Shown: positions 54,200 to 64,000 of the stretch, piece by piece
How the letters are laid out: the number at the start of each line of letters is the position of its first letter
How positions within the stretch are numbered: position 1 is the stretch's first letter
Source of the DNA: Octopus vulgaris
Lineage: Eukaryota
Direction of reading: 5' to 3'
Assembly: GCA_951406725.2 (NCBI GenBank)
Contig: OX597814.1
Coordinates: 52,204,001 to 52,268,000 of the forward strand
Length of the DNA: 64,000 nucleotides
Position numbers and translations under genes: made by a program
The notes under the pieces: generated by a model
The model's database searches: none
What the model was told of the DNA's origin: nothing
Seen by the model: the letters and a program-made list of their open reading frames with translations, nothing else

Positions 54200-54603
54200 C
54201 AGGGTGTGATGGGTAAATTGTCACTATTTCATAGTTTTAATTTTACACATGTGCATTGTTTGTTTTTGATTTTGTTAATTACACAGTATACTAGGGTCAG
54301 TTGAGCACCATCTGTGCGAAAAACAGTACCATGACACAATTTACTCTGCCAGAAATTTGGAAATGAGATGCCTTACTGGTTGGCATTCGTGCCGGACGAG
54401 CCAATAAAAACAGATGGTGAATGCACAGAACCACTGACTTGCCATGTCCCCAAAATATGTACCGAGAGTGATAAAAATCAAACATCCAGCCAACATCATG
54501 GTGTTTGGAGTGATCACTAGCAATGGTAATGTTATGCTTCCATTCATATTCCCACATGGTCTCAGACTGAACACAGAGGCTTACATCAAATGCCTGGAGG
54601 AGG
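54200..54603 (+). mobile_element. Tc1/mariner-superfamily element, deleted
   Basis: TA|CAGGGTGT start; KIKHPANIMVFGVITSNGNVMLPFIFPHGLRLNTEAYIKCLEEV, related to 4870-5800. Confidence 0.8.
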
Positions 54604-55260
54604 TATATATATCGATTTTAGAAAAACATAAATCCAGCGAAGCACACTCTAAGAAGTAGAGTGGTCTATATTTTTCCTGGTGAAGGCCGATTTATGGGGT
54701 TATCCTGGGTTTCCCTGTCCATAAAGGGTTTAATTTTATGGCATATCGTCAGACTCCAAAACCTGATGACCTATGACCTCTTTAAAATATGGAAGGGAAA
54801 GTCTGAATTATCTCCTTTCACCAATAGCTTCCAACCATAATGCCATCATTCAGCTGAGGGTAAATAATAGGGGATTATCTCCCTCTCCTGTTAGCTATCA
54901 ACTTCTAGCAGTTCCCAAAAGGCCAGTAGAAATCTCCTAAAGTGCAAACATGGCCCAAGAATCTCCATTCTGGAGTTAAGTATAGCCCCTGGTTCGAATG
55001 AGTCCCTTAGGATTCCCATGCATTCAGCTATGCATAGCTTGCAGCGTTTCATCCCATTTATGTAGAGGTCTGAGTTTTTGAGGATTTTTCATAAGATGGA
55101 GTGTGGAACTCTGTCGTCTTCTAGTTGCCATATGTGGCTGGCCAGCAATGTTATGTATCTCCTTTCCAGGACTTTGAAGGATCCATGGTTGGGAAAATGA
55201 ATTTCTGGTCCAACAAATATATTTCTGTAGACTTGCAATGTCGGTGTTGTACCTATTATT
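54604..55260 (-). mobile_element. Penelope-like retroelement 3' end (GIY-YIG C-terminus + 3' repeat)
   Basis: A frame absent from the ORF track reads SFKVLERRYITLLASHIWQLED..SIL*KILK...Y..GMKRCKLCIAE..GI......LNSRMEILGPCLHFRRFLL. A hammerhead-like fold lies downstream on the same strand. Confidence 0.8.
54695..54758 (-). ncRNA. Type-I hammerhead-ribozyme-like motif with canonical core
   Basis: Minus strand TGGAGT-CTGACGA-ta-TGCCATAAA..TTTATGGACA-gg-GAAA-CCCAGGA-TA-ACCCCA. Stem I has one mismatch, stem II is long, and stem III is imperfect. Confidence 0.6.
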
Positions 55261-55508
55261 GTTGTTCACGCCACTGTAGCTGCTGTTGATGTAGTTGTAA
55301 CTGCTGCTGCTGTTGCTATGTCAAAGCAAGGGCTGCAGGTGTTAGTGGTGGTGGTTGCATCGGTAATGTTACTGCCCCTGCATATGTTACCAGCAAAGCA
55401 CTTCTTTATGTTGTTACTAATGCTGCCAATGTTAATGCTGCCAATGATGTTGCTGCCATACATACACACATATATATACACACACCTGTGGGTATATGTG
55501 TGTGTGTA

Positions 55509-55897
55509 TTCTCTTTCTCTTTTTACTTGTTTCAGTCATTTTGACTGCGGCCATGCTGGAGCACCGCCTTTAATCGAGCAACTCGACACCAGTACTTATT
55601 CTTTGTAAGCCCAGTATTTATTCTATCAGTCTCTTTTGCCGAACCACTAAGTGACGGGGACATAAACACACCAGCGTCAGTTGTCAAGCAATGCAAGGGG
55701 GACAAACACAAACATACACTCGCGTACATATATACGATGGGCTTCATTCAGTTTCCATCTACCAAATCCACTCACAAGGCTTTGGTCGGCCCAAGGCTAT
55801 AGTAGGAGATACTTGCCCAAGGTGCCACGCAGTGGGACTGAACCCGGAACCATGTGGTTGGTAAACAAGCTACTTACCACTCAGCCACTCCTGCGCC
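55509..55897 (-). mobile_element. SINE family A, full-length young copy
   Basis: GGCGCAGGAGTGGCTGAGTGGTAAG head through to GACTGAAACAAGTAAAA tail. Confidence 0.92.
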
Positions 55898-55938
<41 letters not shown>

Positions 55939-56035
55939 ACCCTATATATATGTGTGTGAGCATGTACATGTTGGATATATATATATCATATATAAATACA
56001 TGTATAGGTGTACATATATATAATATATAATTATC

Positions 56036-56065
<30 letters not shown>

Positions 56066-56067
<2 letters not shown>

Positions 56068-56330
56068 TGTTATATTTTGGAATGGTCATTTTGCCAGTTT
56101 AGCCAATAAAAACACACACACTATATATTTGGTGTTATTTTGCTTCAGTGTTATTTATTTTTTACAATAATCTTTATCTTATTTCGGCCAGAGTTCTTTC
56201 GTCACACTCCTGTGACCGCTTCAGTGGTCCTTTGTTTTCTTCTTTTTTATTTGTGTCTCGCCTTACTAACCGTCAGCCATTTTGTATTTCTATTGTATGT
56301 CTTCATTTGCGCATGCTTATATCTCTATGT
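56066..56330 (-). repeat. About 265-bp repeat, inverted copy of 58760-59025, containing a hammerhead-like fold at 56186-56230
   Basis: Near-identical reverse complement of 58760-59025. A third, short fragment lies at 56581-56611. Confidence 0.88.
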
Positions 56331-56616
56331 GCGTCTATGTTTATTTAGTGTGTGTATGTGTGGGGATGCCTGTAATATTTGCATCTTCTGTTTATATATG
56401 TTCATGTAATTTGTATTTTGTTTTTGTTGTTGTTGTTTTTGTTTATTCTTATTGTGTTCATGTGTTTACATCCACTTATTATTATCATTACATATGCTTG
56501 TATGTATATGTGTATGTATAACAACAATACTAGTAATAATAATAATAAATCGAATCGAAAAAAAAAAACAATATATATATATCTTAATCTTATTTCGGCC
56601 AGAGTTCTTTCACTTA

Positions 56617-57024
56617 GGCGCAGGAGTGGCTGTGTGGTAAGTAGCTTGCTAACCAACCACATGGTTCCAGGTTCAGTCCCACTGCGTGGCACCTTGGGCA
56701 AATGTCTTCTAATATAGCCCCAGGCTGACCAATGCCTTGTGAGTGGATTTGGTAGACGGAAACTGAAAGAAGCCTGTCGTATATATGTATATATATATAT
56801 GTGTGTGTATGTGTTTGTGTGTCTGTGTTTGTCCCCCTAGCATTGCTTGACAACCGATGCTAGTGTGTTTGCGTCCCCGTCATTTAGTGGTTCGGCAAAG
56901 GAGACCAATAGAATAAGTACTGGACTTACAAAGAATAAGTCCCGGGGTCGATTTCCTCGACTAAAGGCGGTGCTCCAGCATGGCTGCAGTCAAATGACTG
57001 AAACAAGTAAAAGAGTAAAGAGTA
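56617..57024 (+). mobile_element. SINE family A, full-length young copy
   Basis: GGCGCAGGAGTGGCTGTGTGGTAAG...GGTTCAGTCCC...CCTTGGGCAAATGTC...GGCGGTGCTCCAGCATGGCTGCAGTCAAATGACTGAAAC(AAGTAAAAG). Confidence 0.93.
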
Positions 57025-57096
57025 ATATATATATATATATATATATAACGGGAAGCTTTATGAAAATAGACAAAAGACGAAGGCAGGTGGGAAACA

Positions 57097-57168
<72 letters not shown>

Positions 57169-57481
57169 CTACTACATGTCTAAATACAAGGACAGAGCTT
57201 TTCGGATCATGCCCACATGTGACTAAATTTCTGTTACATTTTTGGTCCCCTAAAGAAAACAGATAGAACATGCTTTCTATGTTATGTCCCAAGAAGAATT
57301 TATATATTTTTATATATTTTTATATATTTTTTATATATTTTTTTATGTATTTTTATATAATTTTGACATAATTTTTATGACGAAAAATGCGAGCGATGTA
57401 TCAGTACGCAGGCAAGCAGAGTTATAACAGAGTAATTTCCCTTTATTTAACGGTATTTTTTCATAACATTTTCAAATAGCC

Positions 57482-57544
57482 AGATAACCGAAGAGATGGT
57501 GTTGTGGATTTCCACTTCGGCATCTGAAACTCAGAGTTTTATCT
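57482..57544 (+). ncRNA. Type-I hammerhead-ribozyme-like motif (variant core)
   Basis: Stem I AGATAA/TTATCT, core CCGAAGA, stem II GATG..GTGGA-TT-TCCAC..CATC, tGAAA, stem III ACTC-A-GAGT and triplet GUU. Confidence 0.55.
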
Positions 57545-57640
57545 TGACTACCGAGTAATGTAACATATTGTATAGATAAATTTCCTCTATTTACATAATA
57601 TTGAGGTCTCTTTCTTTCTTTTGTTATCTTACCGTTTTAT

Positions 57641-57689
<49 letters not shown>

Positions 57690-57755
57690 TATAGTTATTT
57701 ATTTCTATTTGTTTATTTATCCGTGTATTTATTATGTTTTCGGGATCCTCTATCG

Positions 57756-57982
57756 TCATATGTTGTGGTGAGTGCTAGTGCTCCATTCTAGTTTTCTATT
57801 CAGGCTAGGTTTATTTTCTATTATGTGTGTAGCTTCTGTAATTTGTCTAATTGTTGCATCTGTTCTATGTGTGGACAATATTTTAATTTCTATGTTATTA
57901 ATTGATCCCCCGTGTTCCTGTTCGGCGTGTTGGTACAGAATCGATGAGCTTTTACCTTCCTTGAGTTGTCTCCAATGTTCAT
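57756..57982 (-). mobile_element. Penelope-like GIY-YIG endonuclease C-terminal fragment
   Basis: [24 protein letters not shown]....IKILS....[20 protein letters not shown] fits the PLE pattern EH...S.L..H...H...IL...R.I.EA..I...P.LN. Confidence 0.8.
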
Positions 57983-58001
57983 TTATATATGTATGTATAT
58001 G

Positions 58002-58047
<46 letters not shown>

Positions 58048-58051
58048 TATG

Positions 58052-58085
<34 letters not shown>

Positions 58086-58759
58086 TGTATATATATACAT
58101 ATATATATATACATAAATATATATACATATATATATATATATATACGCCTCCCGTCATTGACTCGCAATGAGACTTCCGCTGCTGTCTTTCTGGCCTGGC
58201 CCTCTCAAGGTATGGACGACAATTCTTTTTTCTCTGCTCGTCGTTCATAAAAAAATCCACGTTTGCAATACTTTTTTTTCGTTCAGCGTTAACAGCCCTT
58301 CTTACCTTGTTTTTCTTTGTCCTGTCTTTTACTGTTTATAATTTGTACTGTTGTTACTGTCCTGTTTTTGTTACCATTTTTTACCCCTCTGCGAAAAGAT
58401 CTCAGAATTTTAATTGATTTGCTTTTCGCAGGAAGGAAAGTTTCTTGTCGAAGATACGTCTCGCTTTTATCCTTCGAAAGGTAGATTAGATGAAACCATA
58501 GCGACTGAAGAAGGGGTCTTTTCTTTGTCTTAATTGTCCTGTACTCTATTTTTTTGTTGTTTAAAAAAATGTCCAGTTCCTTTGGTTTGTGTCTATGTTT
58601 TCGTTTCTCATTGTGTTCGACGTCCTTTTGGTGTCCTGTACTCATATATGCGTGTATATGTACATGTAGAGGTAGGTACATACATATATGTTTATATATA
58701 TGCATATCTTTTATTTTATTTATTAATATATACATATATATATATACATATATATATAT

Positions 58760-59025
58760 ACATAGAGATATAAGCATGTGCAAATGGAGACATACAATAG
58801 AAATACAAAATGGCTGACGGTTAGTAAGGCGAGACACAAATAAGAAAGAAGAAAACAAAGGACCACTGATGCGGTCACAGGAGTGTGACGAAAGAACTCT
58901 GGCCGAAATAAGATTAAGATTAATGTAAGAAATAAATAACACTGAAGCAAAATAACACCAAATATATAGTGTGTGTGTTTTTATTGGCTAAACTGGCAAA
59001 ATGACCATTCCGAAATATAACAATA
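58760..59025 (+). repeat. About 265-bp repeat with a hammerhead-like fold at 58861-58904
   Basis: GACCA-CTGATGC-G-GTCACA-GGAG-TGTGAC-GAAA-GAACTC-TGGCC; inverted partner at 56066-56330. Confidence 0.85.
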
Positions 59026-59079
59026 TCTGTTTCAACACACGACTTCACATAAAAAATCTTGCACAACAAATATTTAAAC

Positions 59080-59105
59080 GTATATATATATACATATACA
59101 TATAT

Positions 59106-59148
<43 letters not shown>

Positions 59149-59149
59149 C

Positions 59150-59182
<33 letters not shown>

Positions 59183-59191
59183 CAGACATAC

Positions 59192-59232
<41 letters not shown>

Positions 59233-59325
59233 CATATACATACATATATATATACATACATACATATACATACATACATATACATACATACATATACATA
59301 CATACATATACATACATACATATAC

Positions 59326-59383
<58 letters not shown>

Positions 59384-59827
59384 ATAAATATATATCATAT
59401 ATAATTATCATATATATATATACACACATATATCATATATATATACATATGTATATATCATATATATATATACATATATCATATATAATTATCATATATA
59501 TATATCATTTTTTTTTGCTCGTTTACTTTGTCTTCCCTCCTGGTGCTATATGAACATTTAATGTGGTTTTAGAGTCAAGTTTTGACTGCTATTTCTGTGT
59601 GGTGGTTTCTCTTAGATACCCTAAATTATAATTTTAAATATATGTGACCGTGTGTATATCTTTCCCTTTCCTATATTTCTGATGAAGAGCTCCAATCAAA
59701 ATGTTAAATCCCCTTTCTTTCTTTCTTTTCCTGAGTGTTCAATAACACTATACTTGTTCCACGTCCTCGCGTTGTTGTGTTTTGTCTTTGTTTTCATGTT
59801 TGGATTAACTATATATCTATATATATA

Positions 59828-59875
<48 letters not shown>

Positions 59876-60039
59876 TATATATATATATATAATACACACA
59901 CACACACACACACACACACATATTACATAAATATATGATATATTATCATATATATATATGTATCATATACATATATATATACATATATAAATATTATATA
60001 TATTTTTGCTTTTTGACAAAAATTAACTAACATATATAT

Positions 60040-60070
<31 letters not shown>

Positions 60071-60399
60071 ATTAGAGAATGGAGAAACATACTTAAATCA
60101 ATAAAACATCAACTATCCGATGATACTCACATACTTTAATATTACGTATAAATATATATATATATTATCATATATATATATGTATCATATACATATATTT
60201 TGAGACCTTATACATATATAAATATTATATATATTTTTGCTTTTCTATAGAGCCAAAAAATTAATATAACTATATATATACATACACACACACACACACA
60301 TATATACATATATATATATATATACATCATACATATATATATATATATACAATAAAAAAAAAAAAAAAAAAAAACACATATACATATCATATATAATAA

Positions 60400-60484
<85 letters not shown>

Positions 60485-60510
60485 TATATATATATATCAT
60501 ATATATATAG
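59080..60510. repeat. (TA)n/(CATA)n microsatellite field with interspersed repeat fragments
   Basis: Long TA/CATA tracts; local duplication of about 59940-60065 at about 60160-60300. Confidence 0.9.
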
Positions 60511-61140
60511 CCACTTTGACTATTGCTCTCAGCTATGGTCACCATCCAGTGTCAAGTTGATCACAGAACTTGAGGCGATCCAACGAAGCTACACGAAGAA
60601 GATAGCCCCTGTGCAGCATATAAGCTACTGGGAAAGACTCAAGAGATTAAAACTCTATTCCTTGGAGTATAGGCAAGAAAGATATGCCATAATATACATC
60701 TGGAAGATCCTGGAAGGACTTGTCCCAAACTTTGGCATCGAGAGTTACACAAACGCCAGAACTGGGCATCACCGCGTGGTGCCAAGGACTCCAAATTTGC
60801 CATCAAGATGTAGGACAAGATACTGTGATAGCCTGGGCTTCAGAGGCCCACAGCTCTTCAATATCCTCCCGAAGAACCTGAGGGACCTGCATGGGGTGGA
60901 TTCGGATGTCTTTAAAGTAGGACTGGATCTCTTCCTGTCAGGTGTCCCGGATGAACCAACTTCATGGCAGGAGGTGCAGATGAGGGCAGCTGCATCGAAC
61001 TCTCTCATGCACCAAATGGCAGTTGCTAAAAAAGCATTTGTGAAGTAAAATCATGTAGCAACACCAAATGGCGGTGCCCCAGGATGGCCACAGCTCATGA
61101 GCTGAAAGTAGATAAAATAAAAATAAATAAAATAAAATAA
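60510..61140 (+). mobile_element. CR1-clade LINE 3' end
   Basis: DYCSQLWSP..ITELEAIQRSYTKKI..SYWERLKRLKLYSLE.RQERY.IIYIWKILEG..GPQLFNILPK..FK..LDLFL..VPDEP, then a 3'UTR and (TAAAA)n tail. Confidence 0.92.
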
Positions 61141-61156
61141 ATATATATATATACAT

Positions 61157-61197
<41 letters not shown>

Positions 61198-61235
61198 TAT
61201 CATATATATATATACATACATATATATATATACAT

Positions 61236-62222
<987 letters not shown>

Positions 62223-62228
62223 ATTATA

Positions 62229-62303
<75 letters not shown>

Positions 62304-62324
62304 TTATCGCATTCTGACTTTGTT

Positions 62325-62355
<31 letters not shown>

Positions 62356-62417
62356 CATATATATATATATATCATCATCATCATCATCATCATCATCATG
62401 ATATATATATATATATG

Positions 62418-62463
<46 letters not shown>

Positions 62464-62475
62464 AAAGTCAGAATG

Positions 62476-62521
<46 letters not shown>

Positions 62522-62554
62522 CATATATATATATATATATACATATCATATATA

Positions 62555-63842
62555 TGGATGCTGGCTATATTCCTAAAAACTTTCTGTCCCAGTCTGTTGT
62601 CCCAGTTTTCAAAAAGGGAAACAAGTCCCTTGCAGTGATTTCAGCAAGGCCTTCGACAGGGTTGATCACATGATCCTATTGAAAAAACTATCCAACATTG
62701 GTGTCTCTGGAAAGTTACTGAAATGGATCAAGTGTTTCCTGACAGACAGATCTCAACATGGTGTAGTTGAAGGAGTAAAATCAAGCCCAGCCAAAGTCAG
62801 TAGTGGCGTTCCACAAGGCACTGTGCTGAGCCCACTTCTTTTCATCATCTACATTAATGACATTAATGACATCATCAAGCACAGCAACATAAAAATCTTT
62901 GCAGATGATTCCAAGCTCCAGAAGGTCATAAATGAGGCGAGTGACTGGACATGACTTCAGTCAGATCTACTGGCTGTTATCCAATGGGCAGAAAACATGC
63001 TGCTGAACGAGGATAAATTTGAGTTTATCCACTTTGGAAAAGAGGATGCCCTGAAACTCCCATACTCCCTTCCTTCAGGTGAAACTCTTGTGGCATCCAA
63101 CAACATCAGAGACTTGGGAGTAATTGTGGACAACAACATAAGCTGGGCCGCTCATATAAACACCAAAGTTGACATGGCCCGCAGAATGTGTTCCTGGATT
63201 CTCAGAACTTTCCAGTCAAGAGATATCCACACCATTATCCTTCTCTTCTCCACTTTTGCCTGACCCCACCTTGAATACTGTTGTCCACTGAGGTCTCCCC
63301 ACACAAAACAATGTATCATAAAAGTTGAAGCACCTCAAAGGGCAATCACAAAAAAGATAGATGGCATGACAGGCCTCGACTATTGGGGTCGACTAGAAAA
63401 GCTAAAACTTTATTCTCTCCAACGTCGTCGTGAGCGCTACATCATCTGCATGATAAGGAGAATATTCCATCAGCATTGCCCAAATGATGTTGGCATCACC
63501 TTTAAGGTACATCCAAGGCTTGGGCCCCGTGCCATCCGCCCACAACAAAAATCACACTCTCGTCTCAACAACAATAAGGCACAATTATTTCACCTCAATT
63601 GGCCCCGGTCTCTTTAACATTACACCAAAACACATTGAAACAGAAACAGACCCTATAGGGTTCAAGAGATCTTTGGACAGATTCCTTCAAGAAATCCCGG
63701 ATAAACCCCCTACACCCAGATATGTCTCTGTAAACAATAACTCTCTACTTGAGTGGGCCGTAGTGCCCAAATTCTAACTTGAAAGACTTCACCAGGTGGT
63801 GCTATTAAATTAGACATGGCCGAAACCTATCAAAGTATCAAA

Positions 63843-63843
<1 letters not shown>
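62555..63843 (+). mobile_element. CR1-clade LINE RT and 3' end, degenerate
   Basis: DFSKAFDRVDH, SGVPQGTVLSPLLFIIYIND, IFADDSKL, RDLGVIVD, YWGRLEKLKLYSLQRRRER and tail (TATCAAAG)2. Confidence 0.93.
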
Positions 63844-63917
<74 letters not shown>

Positions 63918-63919
63918 AT

Positions 63920-64000
<81 letters not shown>
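63844..64000. repeat. (TA)n microsatellite
   Basis: Near-perfect TA tract running to the window end. Confidence 0.97.

Noticed and set aside
57185-57295. Further hammerhead (GGACA...GAAAAGCTC-TGTCC on the minus strand), and CTGAAGAAGGGG at about 58505
   Set aside because: Only half of the core is recognisable in each, which is insufficient.
58920-59553. ORFs of 100-170 aa
   Set aside because: They are translations of (TA)n/(CATA)n microsatellite.

Overview
AT-rich, repeat-dense eukaryotic genomic DNA. The SINE, LINE and microsatellite landscape suggests an octopus or other cephalopod, but this is inference. One host gene is supported: the 5' part of a TENT4/PAPD5-7 (Trf4-type) non-canonical poly(A) polymerase on the minus strand. 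It has three phase-compatible coding exons (45573-45206, 10993-10870, 8628-8582) and a 34.2 kb first intron; the remaining exons appear to lie left of the window. The rest is a transposon graveyard: RTE and CR1-type LINEs, at least three tRNA-head SINE families, Penelope-like GIY-YIG fragments, Tc1/mariner, pogo/Tigger, hAT, non-autonomous Helitrons, MITEs and long (TA)n/(CA)n-derived repeats. The most notable hidden structure is (i) a set of minimal type-I hammerhead-ribozyme-like folds with variant cores in Penelope-associated repeats, (ii) a fold-back inverted duplication with a visible priming hairpin at about 36.1 kb, (iii) a SINE/CR1-LINE shared 3' tail, (iv) a PHD-like finger inside an RTE ORF, and (v) a CpG transition around exon 1. 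No prokaryotic-type system and no CRISPR array is present. All calls were made by eye, without database searches.
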